Positions 1 to 12,752 of a DNA stretch of 64,000 bases are shown piece by piece. This stretch comes from Parasitella parasitica NRRL 2501 (Eukaryota; Fungi; Mucoromycota), in assembly GCA_025201805.1 (NCBI GenBank), contig MU619298.1, positions 78,647 to 142,646 of the forward strand, in the 5' to 3' direction. The translations under genes and the position numbers were made by a program. Numbering within the stretch: position 1 is the stretch's first letter; the number at the start of each line of letters is the position of its first letter. Below the pieces are notes generated by a model. That model saw only the letters and a program-made list of their open reading frames with translations, made no database searches and was not told the origin of the DNA.

Positions 1-2333
1 AAGAAAGCAACGATTATGATGTTTTAGCTGCTTTCGAAGCTAGCCAATTGAGCGATCAAATAACTGCAGAAAAAATATTCAAAGAAGACCTTCAAAGAAT
101 CGCATTGTGGTCGCCAAGTCAACTCCAGCGGTGGGCTCTTAAGCAGCATAAAGAACTCTCAGTAAGTTAATGAAGCTAGTGGTTAACGAATTTTATAATA
201 ACGCTGTGCTTTTTTAAATATAGTGTTTGAAAACAATAAAATATCAAGAATTTTGGACAAATATGAGCATGGAACGGTCCATCAATGTGGAGACGAGGGC
301 ATATTATGAATATAAATTTCGGCATGCTGATAAAAGCCTGAAAGTAAGTATCGTGTAAAAGGATTCACACTCCAAAAGACAGCTTAAACTTCTTGGAAAT
401 ATTTGGTGCTTCATTAGATCCAAGATAAACAAGATGAACCGGAAGGAAGCCTGGAACAAGATGATACTGTTTTCGAATCGCAAGAAAGCGAGGAGCAAGA
501 AATATGTAAATTTAACAAGGTATTGTAGAATATAGAAAAAGTGGCAATCTTATTTTCAAAATTATTATTAATGATCACGAATAGGCTGAACTCGCTAGTG
601 ATGTATGTATTGCCCTATTAAAAGTTCGGTGCATAAATACACATTTTGCGAAAAAATAACTTAATTAACATGTTTAATAGGTCGAACACGATGATCACTC
701 TATTGACATTGAATTCCCTTCAGATATCAGCAATGACTATCATCCTTTAGTAGATGACGAAGAATATAATCTTCAACGCGTTGATTCTCCAGATGATACA
801 CAAAGTACGAGAACCTGGTCATACCAGCTTGATGACAAAGAAGTATTTTGTGATATCATTGAGGAACTGAGGACGTTTCGAAATGTGTCATTTAAATTCG
901 AGCCTAAAAGTTTATCTGACTTACGGTTACTGTACGTTTAAAGTATGTTTTGATTATATAAACATAATCGATTTAACATCTTGTCTTTAGTGCTCTAAAT
1001 CACACCTACCTATTTACGCAAAATATCAAAGACAGTATTACTTCATATCTGCCTGAATCGTTACAGTAAGCTAAAAATAGTGTTATATCTTTGAAAGGAA
1101 ATGTTTTTTCGACTAATCAATATGTGATTGCTATATAGCCGGCGTATTATGGAAGATGTCTCAACTGAACCTATTGTAACAATAAGTGATCGTGCCATTC
1201 TGTGGTGTACAAAGCTTTCGCTGGTAAAATTTTTCTTATATTAACATTTTTCTCCAACATGTACTCACGAATCTGCCCAAACTGTTTCAGATGCGATTAC
1301 CAACTTGGTACGAAGTACAAAAAGTTACTATCCCGTTCTTGCATGAAGCGATGGAGACCATGAATGATAAACCCATCGATCTGGTAGTTGCAAACATTAT
1401 ACATCGAGCGTAAGTTTAAATTACTATTTGATAATATACTTAATATAGATAACTGATTTGCCTTAAACCATCTAGAGCTCTGTTATTTTCTAATGGTACC
1501 CCTGATTCTGATTTGGAGGACTCATTCATGCATAATTTTATTTCCACCTTATTTGAGGACGTTTTTATGTTAGACACTATCTTGGAAAGTAAATGGTATG
1601 TGTAACAAGTACTAACTTTATAATATGCTTTAATGCACGAACTAATATCCCAATCTGTTTTTTTGTACATGCGTTTTCAGGGCCAATGGTCAACTAGGAA
1701 AAAGAAAAAGAGACGACCAGACTCAATTCAAACCGGATTACGTTATATTTATCACACAAAGGTCTAACCGCCTGGATTTGTCATGTGTCGAAGCCAAGTC
1801 ACCCATTAACAAACACACATTTCCAAAATCTGATCTTGTCAAACTCGGGCAAGAGATGCGCTGGATGCTGAATAAGCTTGTTATGGAAGGGGTCGAAAAA
1901 CCTGTTGTTGGTGGGATCCTCATTTCTGGATTTCAAATACAAACATATAAAATGGAGCTTATTGATATTGGTGTGTATCGAATGGTAGAACTTAGCAAAA
2001 CATTGTTTTTCAGAAACATTCAAGAATTGACTTTAATTCCAACAATTGTATCCAACCTTTTGCAACTTAAGGTATAAAAACTCAGATCTCTTTTCAGATT
2101 GCAAAATATCACTAACTCAAAAGCAATAGAATGTCATTCTTTCAACAGCTAAAAAGGCAAATGATCGTCTTTGCAGTAAATCAAAAGGTATCTTTCCGAG
2201 ACATGATCCTCCTATTTCCTGGTTACGGGATGCTGACTTTGATCTGGTCAAAAGATCAAAAACAAAGGATCAATTAAACACGGCTCTACCTAGTGATTTT
2301 GAAAAAGCACCACACAAACCATGTACTACATAA
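1..2333 (+). CDS. Multi-exon protein with C-terminal PD-(D/E)xK restriction-endonuclease-like domain (Crinkler/CR-REase-like); 5' end outside window
   Basis: Roughly ten short GT-AG introns (e.g. 162-223) separate open exons. The exon from 1681 reads ANGQLGKRKRDDQTQFKPDYVIFITQRSNRLDLSCVEAKSP...SDLVKLGQEMRWMLN, giving a PD...ExK motif plus the DxxKL helix. The last exon ends with TAA at 2331-2333. Confidence 0.7.
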
Positions 2334-2630
2334 AAAGTCTAAATTTGTAACCTCGTCATTTGCTAAATCTCATTATGATATTTTATTAGACAAAAGTGTC
2401 GTTCTGGAGTCGTCAAACAGAAAACATGCGGCAAAAGAGCGTGTTTGTTCTAAGTCTGTATCTTCATGGAATAGGCTAAGGATATTGGTAGCCTGAATGC
2501 ATGCAGTACTGTTCGAAGAAACACGCAATGGTCTCATACAAGGTCTTGTATTAGCGATCATTTTGTATCAGAGCCATGCTAACTCTTCTTTCAACTTGTA
2601 TTATTATAATCAATTCTTTTTAAATACCAC

Positions 2631-2735
2631 GAGCTGTCTCCACCCCCCCCCCCCGAACTACGGTGAAAAAAATTACCGTAGCAAAGCGAAGGTCGAATTT
2701 TTTTCGACCTTTGTTCCAATGGGGGTGTACAGCTC
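2631..2735. repeat. 105-bp imperfect inverted-repeat (MITE-like) element with one internal hairpin per arm
   Basis: Left arm GAGCTGT..CACCCCC..GAAC matches the reverse complement of the right arm (GAGCTGTACACCCCC..GAAC). Internal hairpins are CTACGGT/ACCGTAG and AAGGTCGAA/TTCGACCTT. AC flanks both ends. Confidence 0.6.
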
Positions 2736-2835
2736 ACGCTTGCAGCGGGCTATCCCAATTAATACAAAGCTAGGTAAACAAAATAAACGAAATTTCATTC
2801 TACATGCGAAGTAAGTGTTACAGATTCTTTTTTTT

Positions 2836-4055
2836 TTAATACGATTGCTGAAAAACTTCTCAGAAGACAACATTGTTGGTGAATTTGCCAACTTGATCTT
2901 CTATTTCTGAGATTTCGGAAGGAATCATCAACTTCAATAATCAGGGTTTTCGAACACGGGACAAAGCTACATATAATTGACCATGACCAAAAGCATGGTA
3001 CGGCAAATACAAACCTACAGAGCTGGGTGTTTGGCCTTGTGCCTTGTTAATGGTCATGCCAAATGCTAATCTTATGGGAAATTGAACCCTTTGAAAGTCA
3101 ACTGGGCATAACCCTTCAGTGGCCAAGCTGATAAACTTGATTCTCGGAATCAGAGCTATATCATTTTTGTTTGGGCCAGTAGCAATGGTAGCTTCAATAA
3201 CATTTGTTTTCAGCGATTTGACAATCAATCTTGTGCCATTGCAAATGCCAGCGGCAGGGTCAATGTTTCGAATAACCATTATTGGGGAGCCAATTTTCAG
3301 ATCGAGTTGATGGGGTGGCAGCGAACCATTCTCTATGGTATTCGAAATCTCCAGTGGCATCTCTATCTGACGTTCTTCATCTAAAGTGCGATCATGGCTA
3401 ACATAGGATATTGTATGACCTGGAAGACATTGTAAGAGCAGATTGTTGATGACTTTGACATCTTTGTTCTTCGCAGTTAAGATAGCCCTTTCAACAAAAT
3501 ACTCAGGAAGCTTTAGTCTCCAAATTTGTAGGGTTTCTTGCACAGTTTCTGTGAGTAGTACGCAAATGCCCTTCTCGTCCACAATGGCGACATATGACAG
3601 GGGTCGTATACGTTGAGTTGGTAGCATTATTGAGGTAAGCATCCAAATTATTAGGGTTCCTACCTCAATTCCAATGAATGGACCTGATATGTCCTTCTCT
3701 ACCACACAAAGGGCAAGTGACAATCAATGGGGTATTTATTGGGTTCATGGCACACTCTCTGTGAGTGATTCGGCTATGGCCCTCTCTTCCACAAGATAAA
3801 CAGACAATGACTACTCATCAGCGAAATTATATGTTTATTAAATACTCGCAATTCTATGGTATAAACGTACTCTCTTCAGCTAGGCTGTTCCCGTTACTTG
3901 AGTTCATGGGACAATCTCTATGAGTTCTTCTTCTATGACCTTTTCCTCCGCAAGATGAACATCTAACAGCTACTACTCGATCTGAAAATTAATTTTAGAA
4001 GCTCATAATAAGTATGCTGTATCCTACTCTCTTCTGTGCTATCCGAACTGAGCAT
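2836..4055 (-). mobile_element. Internally deleted, pseudogenised Helitron Rep/Hel gene (N-terminal zinc knuckles joined to Pif1 helicase C-terminus)
   Basis: ATG at 4055, two introns, and four CxxCGxxGHxRxxHxxC knuckles (one with Cys->TGA). These are joined out of frame near 3508 to Pif1 motifs RAILTAKN, LPPHQLDLKIGSPIMVIRNID, CNGTRL, QFPIRLAFGMTINKAQGQT and HGQLYVALSRV. The Helitron-type tail TNNVVF*EVF continues past premature stops to 2836. Confidence 0.85.
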
Positions 4056-4453
4056 ATTAAGATTTCTTAAAAGATCAGAAGTATATTTCGGCCCTGAATG
4101 TTATCCCGTAACACGATAACTTTTTATTTAAGCAGTGATTTTTGCTTTTTAAGCCCTGAGACTGTGAACTAACTTGCTAACTACCTAATCATTTTACATA
4201 AGTCAGATATTGTGTTGTCAAACATACCACACGATGAGTCAATGGATGGAAGCAGGCAATGGATGTATGTTGTCCTGAACCTACAGCCTTTTAACTTCAA
4301 GTTATCGATAGTGCTCTGTCTGGACGCATATTGCATTGTAATTAATAATAGACAATTTTTTTTAGTATCGTACCAGTAAATATCACTATTTACAGAGAGC
4401 TTTACAAAGCATGCCATTTATTTATCAAATGTTTCATTTATTTAATTTCAAAA

Positions 4454-7400
4454 TTAGTAAGGTAAAACAAAATTATTGGCGACTGCCTGAGGTTGAGAAG
4501 TAACAGCGCTTGATGATTCAGGATCATTAGGGGCGGCAGTTTCATTTGTGGCGGAAGGTTCAGTATTAGTACTAGTGGCAGTGACAGTTGTCGTGATTTG
4601 CTCTGCGTTAGTAGTTGATGTAGCTTGATCCGCACCAGATGTAGTTGTAAGAGTAGCTGTAGTAGTAACAACGACAGTGCTGGAGGCACTGGCAGAAATA
4701 GAAGATGAAGAAGAGATTGCAGACGAAGTAGCATTAACAGCGCCTGGGACGCTCTTCAGTGCTAAATCGAGAGCTTGGGCAGTAGCAGCGGTGTCTTTGT
4801 CTACGACAGGAACACTCTTTTGCTCATAGTACATACCGCCATGGAAAGCATCGCCAACGATAACAGAAACATTTTGGAATAAATCAACCTTTCTAGCATC
4901 TCCTTGTAGCATGAGGAACTGGATGGCATTAGCGAGTTGAACCTTCAAGATCAAATCATTCTCGTTGACAGCCGTGCCCTTTGGCGGAACACTAACTGGG
5001 GGATCAACAGCGCCAGCCAAAGTACCTAATTGCAAGTATTTACCATCTTTGTTAGTAAAGAAGACGTTGCAGTCAATGCCAGTGACAGTGTATACAGTGT
5101 CGAGAGGATTATAGAACTTGACCCAAATGTGAGGAGTCAACCCAGTCATCTTCATTTGGTTTTCAACGACAAGAGAAGGAGGAATACCTTGCATATTGGT
5201 CTTGAGAGCAACTTGAGCGAGGCCAGGTTGAAGAGGAATGATCTTGGTAGAATTGGCAGACCCCTTGACAGTCAAAGGAGTTACTTGGTTGGTCAAGTAG
5301 TTGGTGAGCATCTTGGAAAGAGAAGCGAGGTCGGTAGAGGTCATCTTCATGCTAGCAGCCATCTCATTTCTACCAGGTTTAATAACAGTGTTTGCCAAGG
5401 TAACATCGCCGACCTTTGAGCCCGAGGCATCCATGATAACGTCAAAGTTAAGGTCACCTGCAGTGATAGTAATTTGAGAAGGATTGTTAAGAGCAATAAC
5501 AAGATCGACAGCAATATAGGTAGAATAGCCTCCAACGACCTTTAGCGAAACAATCTCAGTGGTGCCCCCGAAGTTAGCAAAACCTGCAGAGTTGAAATTT
5601 TAACACATGTGAATGTTACGTATAAAATGCTAACTTACCGGCCAAAGATGTCTGTACATCAAAATTAATGTTACCCAGCTTGAGATCACCAACAGCGGTT
5701 TCAGCAATGGAATTAACAACACCTTTGAGACCAAAAGGCACGGCAGGTGCTAATGTGAGACCAGCGACAAATTTGCTAAACAGAGCTTCAGAACCAGAAT
5801 AAACCTTGAAAGGAATACCATTGAAAGCAGTATGGACGATACCATCAGCTGAGGTGGTAGCAGGAGATTCAGGCACCTCTAAGCTAGCCACATTGTGTCC
5901 TTCAGAGTTGGCATCGACCTTCATGTTGAGGGATTTGACACCAAGAGGGAAGCCAAAGGGATTCTTGAGCTGAGCCTCTACGTTTTGAGAGCCAGTAGGT
6001 GGCGCAAAGGGGTTCTTTGTGAAATCAATTTGCATATCCTTCATGTTAACAGCGGTAATTAACTCTGGCTTGGCAGGAGGGCCAGGAAGCACAACATTGT
6101 CAATGTTGATTGTCTTGAAAGCTTCAGAGAGCCATTGGACAACACCGTTAGGGCCTGACGCAGAAACACCCTTGACGGATAAAGTGGAGCTATTTGCACT
6201 CAAAAAGTTTTCAAATATCTCAGTAATAGCAGCAATACCTTTAGCAGAGTCTTGATAAATAAGGCGACCCTTCATGGCCAAGTTTGCAGTGCCTCGAGCA
6301 GGGAACACAGCGTTTCCAGATGAGCCTAGAGGACCAAGATCAATGCCCTTGTAGTAGGATTCGAATCCGACACCTTCAAAGTTGAAGCCGACTTGAGAAG
6401 GATTATTGATGGTAGTTTGTGCAACAAGGGTGATACCGCCATCAGGATCATTACTAGGAAGGTCAAATGAGGTAATCTTGACGGCATCCTTGAAGCCATT
6501 CGCACCAGCAAGAGTGACAAACTTCTCCATCGAGATTTTGGTAAATGTAAAGCCTAGAGCATTGACGCTAACGTCGGTGCTGTAGATGTCCCAAATAAAG
6601 TCTTGGTTGTTGATCATGTAAGCAGCAAATTCAGACATGGCATCAGCATCAGTAATAGTGAAATCACCACTGACATCGAAAGAGGCACCGACATCAGCCT
6701 TGGCCTCAAGAGCAGGCATCGTAACTTGGCCAAGCTTTTTACCGCCCCAAGCAACAGTCAAAGGGGTAGGGAAACTGATGGTAGCAGCCATAGGTCCTGT
6801 CTTGGCAATAGTACCCTTCATTTGAACCTTGAAGCTGCCATCTGTAGGTGAGGACATGATGATGGAATCAAACCCAAGAACAGAACCGTCCACAATTTGC
6901 TGAACGATAGGCTGTCCTACAATGGGGATGAGGCCCGTAACTGTGTTGTCAGTAGCAATTTGCACAGCAGCCTGGGAGAAGCTCAATGTATTGACATATT
7001 GCCCGATGGTCAAATCAGAGGCAAGAGACAAATCGACCTTCAGGCTCTTCATAGCGTCCATGACAAAGTTGGAAATGTTAAAACCGTTGAACAAGCTGGA
7101 ATCGGCAGAGATGCTTTCTTGACCGTCAATATTGAAACCACCCAAGGTGAGCAAAGCGTCAAGAGGGCGAGTATCCAGTTGAGATGTAACAGCAAGAGAG
7201 CGAAGCAAAAGAGCAACAGCAGCAGGCTCAGTGTTCATGGTCATGTCTAATTCACCAGATTGTACTGAACCCTTTCCAGGAATTACAATGGGGTTGCTGC
7301 TAATATCTTGATCGATATTGCCGACAGGCATACCATTATAAGTAACAGCAGAGACAACCTTGGTAATAGTCAAACCAGCAGAGAAGGGGTTGGCAATAGT

Positions 7401-9519
7401 AACCTTGACACCAACAACGCCATCCGCAAGAGTAGTAGGACGGACAGTCAAAGCAGAGCCTTGAATCAAAGCAACCTTGAGACCAGGCAGAGTAGACTCA
7501 AGAGAGACTTGGGACAACGCGCCGATAAGAGAGGCAATGGAAGTAGATTCGTTGGTGCCGCCGATTTGAACGCCATTGTTTTGGCCCATGACAAAAGTGC
7601 TTAGCAAGTTTTGTCCAACATCAGAAGACTTGGGATCAAACTTGGCAGCAGCGAGGACAGTGTTGACGCCACGGTTCAAGGTCAAGTTGGTCAACGTAAC
7701 GGTGCCCAAGTCGGTCGAATCGGCCATCATAGCAAAAGTAACGTCGCCAGTAGAAATGCTAAAGTCTGAAGGATTCTCCATGGTAACGTTGATACCCAAT
7801 TCTAGATGGTCACTTTGGCCGCCAGTAACATCGAGAGAGTTGATGACAGTTGCAGTGGAATTCAAGAATTGGAGGCCATGAAGTTCAGTAGGAAGTTCAA
7901 AATTGATGCCAGAGAGGACAAGAGGACCGATAGTGGTATTGACCTTGGTTGTAGCATTGCCAGCTACCAAGAAGGTGTAATTGTTACTGGCAGTCAAAGC
8001 ATAAGTATACTCGTTGTAGACAGACTCTTTGCCAGCGATGCCTGCAAGTTGGGTGTTGTCGATGGCAAATTGAAGCTTTCCTGACTTCTGGTCGCTAGTT
8101 GAAGCGGTGTAGGGGACACTCATGACAGCAAAGCTGTCAAAACCAGTAGTTTTGTTGAGACCAAGTGTAATGTTTTGAGTTACTTCCGTAATATTCAGAG
8201 CAAAGCCAAACGGAATGGTGAAGCCAGCCGTAACTACAGGTGCTTTGACAGTGGGAGAATAAGGAGCATCTTTGTTGAAGCTGAGGTCCAAATAGCCCAT
8301 AGATACAGAGTTCATAATCTTTAAAGGTTTATCTGCGGCAAGAGCAACATTGAGAGTAACAGACTTGAGGCCTTCGGATAGCCATGTAATAGGGTTCTTG
8401 CCATCAGGAGCGGCAGAGACACCCACAGCCGTAGTATTGGAGACCTTGCCAGCAATATAATTTGAGAAAAGGGTACTCACTTTAGCTTGAGCAGTAGGAT
8501 CGTTGGCCTGAGACTTCATGATACCAGAAAGCAAAATGTTGTTGTCGCCCTTTTGCAGTGTAACGTTATCAGCATGGACAAGGCCAAGTTCAATACCATC
8601 ATATCCAATGTTCATTTCAATATGGCCGAGTTGGACACCGATAGGAGAAGGACTTGTCAAGACAGTGCCGAGCTCGATCAAAATGCCACCATTGACAGCA
8701 TCGCCAGGAAGTTGGAAAGAATTGATCTTGACTTGAGGGAAGCCGTTCATGCCTTCAAGAGTGATGTCTTTGTTCAAGTTGACATTGGCAGTTCTATTGC
8801 GTGTTACTATATTAGCTTTTATGAGATAGACGATTGTATAATGTACAAACATACCTTGTTAAAGCAGAGATTTTAGCTTTGCCATTCAATGTCCAAGTGA
8901 ATTTCTCAGCAGCCAACATGTAACGAGAGAACTCGGAAAAGGCGGCAACATTTGTAATCATAAAAGGAGTGACAGTATCAATAGAGCCATGTCCGCCTCC
9001 AATGTGGGTGTCAGGGAGCGTAATTGTACCAAGAACTGTATTGTTGAAAAGAACCTCAATATTATCTTCAAACTGAATTTTAGCACTGAATGGGCCAGTC
9101 TTTTTGAGATCAGTGACCATATGCATATAAAACGTAGAATTAGCGTCAGCTCCGGCGATGGGTTGGATATTAGAATCAGCAGGAGGTTCGAAAGATATTT
9201 GAGCAGTATTAACTTGAATTTCAGAATGATTCAGCGTGGATTGAGCAATTTTGGGGAAAGCGACAAAGAGGATCAAGAGAACGACAACGACAACAATTAT
9301 GATGGTGACAATGGAGCAGATAATCCAGTATTTTTTGTTCTTGTAAAAAGGCTTTTTGGCAGGAGGAGCAGGCTTTTCATAGTATTCTTCGAAACCGCCA
9401 TCTGTATATTGGTGTTGTTCAATTGAATTGGTTGCGACAAATTCCTGGTGAAGATGCTGAGGTTGTTCAGCACTGCGGACAGCAAGTTCTTGTTGCCCTT
9501 CGTGCATGCTTTCAGGCAT
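4454..9519 (-). CDS. DUF3712/Tag1-like type II membrane protein with repeated LEA_2-like beta-sandwich domains (~1649 aa)
   Basis: Exons 9519-8855, 8793-5639 and 5583-4454 join in frame. It has an N-terminal TM helix (WIICSIVTIIIVVVVVLLILFVAFP), repeated NPS/NPF...GxxLG modules and a Ser/Thr-rich C-terminal tail. Confidence 0.85.
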
Positions 9520-11617
9520 TGTATTATATACTAGTAGGAATTAAAAGAAAGGAGATGTATATTATAGTATGTATATATATAGAGAAAAGGATTGTATATA
9601 GTCAGCCAGAGACTGATGAATGTATAATAATATCTAACGTGGCTAGAAGATCAATGTTAACTCATTTGGTGTCCTTTTATATACAGCGATTATTGATCCA
9701 ACCACAAGTATGTAATACAAATCTACCCGAAGGAGCACCTCTCCACAGTTTCTTAATAACAGAGAAATGTTGCTCAAAGTTCTACAGGGAATACAAGATG
9801 GCTATGCTATCACCAATTACTGAAATTTATTTGCAATGTATTTCATGTGAAATACCCACACAACACCTTGTTCTTTGTAGCATGTTGTCAATGAGATTTA
9901 TCTTAATAATTTGTAAATACAACACCCGTGTATTATGGATAGCTTGTCAATCGTGTTTAGCAAATTAATGAAAATCTGGAAATTGACAGAACTGATCTAA
10001 CTTTCTCTTTACGCTAAATACTAGTATACAATGTTTGGAATTTGAAATGCCTGCGTCTTGCAGTCCCTTTTTTTTTAAAAAAAAGTATTATATATTAGTG
10101 TGCAAAGCTTCTTCCATTGGTTGCGCAAATTAGGGTTTTGTGGATATATTTCGCTTGTATAACATATCACAATCATGGCAACAATAAAATCGTGTGTGTT
10201 TACATTGAATACGTTTGCATGTGTCCTGGAAATTTCGAATAACTGTAGTTTTTCTATACAATTGAACGTTTATACAGAATAAAAAGAACTAAACTATATT
10301 GAATATCATTGTCATGCTGCCATTGTATGGTTCCTGAGTGTTCAGCTTCCTATACCTGATCAGATGAAAAGTCCGCTATTAAACAAATCGAGAGTAACAA
10401 GCTCGAGTTTGATTTCTGAAATAGACAATGTGTTTATACAAAAAAGCAACTAGATATATAGAACTCAGTTGTAAGACTGGTGTCCAAAGGCCATTAAAAT
10501 TCCATTGGTGGAAGAAAAGCTAATACACGTTCATACGAAATGAAGCATAAATTTGATTTAGGCACTACCATTTTTGCAGCTAGATATAGAAGAAGGCGAA
10601 CTAAATATAAGAACTTGTTTATAATTGTAGCGCACAATGGCTGTATCATTTAGATCAGCGTATGCCATATACTGGCTTACATATAGAATGCGTAAGATCA
10701 AAGTTATGTCTGACTTCGATGATGGTTATCAGTTTCGTCCTTAAGACAGAGCCATTGTGTATATTTCTTTTTGCAAATATCTAGTGTTGATCGCATTTTC
10801 TTATCATCCCAAAACTGTTAACTACACTGTTACCAATGGTAATGTAGCCATCACAGGCTTTCATCATCTCAGAAATCAGATACCCGATTAAGTAATTGTC
10901 TTCGTGGATAAAAATGCTTAATCTCTTCACGCCTACCTTTATTGTGCTACTCTCTTAGCTTGCAGTTTTCGATATCCCAAAAAGAAAAAAGAAAAAAAGA
11001 AAAAAAAAGACTCAACTACATCCCATTAATGTTAATTTGATACATCTTCCTCAGCAAAATATCAAATCACTTAAATGCGAATAGTATAAGTTTTCTGTTA
11101 AAGGGGTTTTTTGTAACCAAGACATGAATGTTCTCATGAAAAAACCGGGGATCAAACGATTGGATTGCACAAAAGTTCTATTTCGGTGCATCAACGCGCT
11201 GATGCTCAACTTACACATCTTGTAATCAAGTCGCTTGAAGCTCTAAACCAAGAAAAAATGGAGTTAACAAAAGCTTTAGTTGGTTTTTTCAGTTCCATTC
11301 CAGTTTCCTTAAATTTCGAGAAATTGGCATTGAGCCAAGCACATCCTCAATTTCAGAAACTAATTAAAAATACTTTAACACTTCAGAAAATTATAAGTAA
11401 AATGTGCGTATGAAACAAAACATGAAATAGATGATCATGTACATTAATTTAAAATTAAAACTCTCTAAACAGAGTGAATAATGTTGAAAGTCGGGCGAAA
11501 AAGCTTGAATCTTTCGAAATTGGGCATGGTCTAACCAGCAAAGGCGACTTTTTAAGCTACACACTCTGTTTTATTTAATACAAATATGTTGACACTTTTT
11601 GTTATTACAAACACAAA

Positions 11618-11839
11618 GTGCCTGCTATTAGAATCTGCTCAAGCTGTGGTAAAGAAGGCCATTCGCGTTCTGCAAGCAGGCTTTGCCTTAATAACACCCG
11701 TGCTAATACTAACACTTGCGGAAGCTGTGGTGTCATAGGCCATCATCGATCTTCTTATCGTCATTGCAAGCAGAAGAAAACGGAGAAGAAATCAAAGCAG
11801 GTAGGCACTAACGGATTCAAAACTAACTGCTCTCACTGA
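11618..11839 (+). pseudogene. Isolated fragment with two CxxCGxxGH zinc knuckles, probably Helitron N-terminal relic
   Basis: CSSCGKEGHSRSASRLC and CGSCGVIGHHRSSYRHC are the same knuckle type as at 3540-3965. The start is GTG and there is no downstream coding continuation. Confidence 0.55.
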
Positions 11840-12723
11840 CGCGCCTCTTCAGTTCGACGATGTCAAGTCCATGTTTAATTCAATTAGTCACACAAAGCCT
11901 ACAAATTACAAGACTTTATACTGAAGAAAAAAAAGACTATCTCTTTCTCTTAAGTATACCCTTTGGTTGGATGGTTGGGTAGGGTTGATGGCTTTTTTTT
12001 TCCAACAATAAAAACATGAGCAATACAGTAATTAATTAAACTCGTAATCATTGTAAGATAAGCACAAATAAGGATTTTGCCTAGATAATAGAATATAGAC
12101 TTTATTTTGTTTTCTCGGGCTCTTTATAACAACGTGGGTTAGAAAGGCTACTTTTAATCTTTATAATACTAGTGAAGCGTGTAAAAAATACGATGCCATT
12201 GAGGAGAGTAATGAGAGCAACAGTGAGTACCAAAGGGTACAACCACTGCTCATTTTGTAAAACTCATAAATGAGCTTCTTTGTTATCATGAACATGGACG
12301 GAGACCATATTGTAATTATTTCTTAGTAAAATATCTGTACTAAGTAACAACCAATAATAAGAAAAAACGTGGGTAGAGGCTATAGATTAATGTATTTATC
12401 TTCTAGTAGATTCATATTGATATCAATTGGTACTTCGACATTTGTAATCAATAGTTTACTACGCATATTAAATTATCCTTGGATTCTACAAATGCGTGTA
12501 ACACCGTACGTCCCCGGTGATCTCCAGGGATTCCGTAGACATTCCAAGCACCCGATCGTCAAATTCCATAACAAAAGAAATTTCTAATTAGGTGCTTATT
12601 TTATTAAACATTTCACTTATACCTATATGACAGTTTTACAATGACATCGACAAACTGTAATTTTTAAGAGACAAAGTAAAATTTCGAAAACGGCAATCAT
12701 TTGGGTGCCATCATTTGACCCTT

Positions 12724-12752
12724 AATGAGGAGAGCCTCCGGCTCTCCTCATT
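12724..12752. repeat. Perfect 13-bp stem hairpin with 3-nt loop
   Basis: AATGAGGAGAGCC-TCC-GGCTCTCCTCATT. Confidence 0.85.

Noticed and set aside
2836-3670. Three in-frame TGA codons in the Helitron gene, one at a Cys position, as selenocysteine or readthrough
   Set aside because: The gene is also deleted and frameshifted, no SECIS-like element was seen, and ordinary nonsense decay explains them.
5030-9426. Many plus-strand ORFs antisense to the DUF3712 gene (similar shadows over other genes)
   Set aside because: They are antisense shadows of codon-biased genes with no recognisable motifs.
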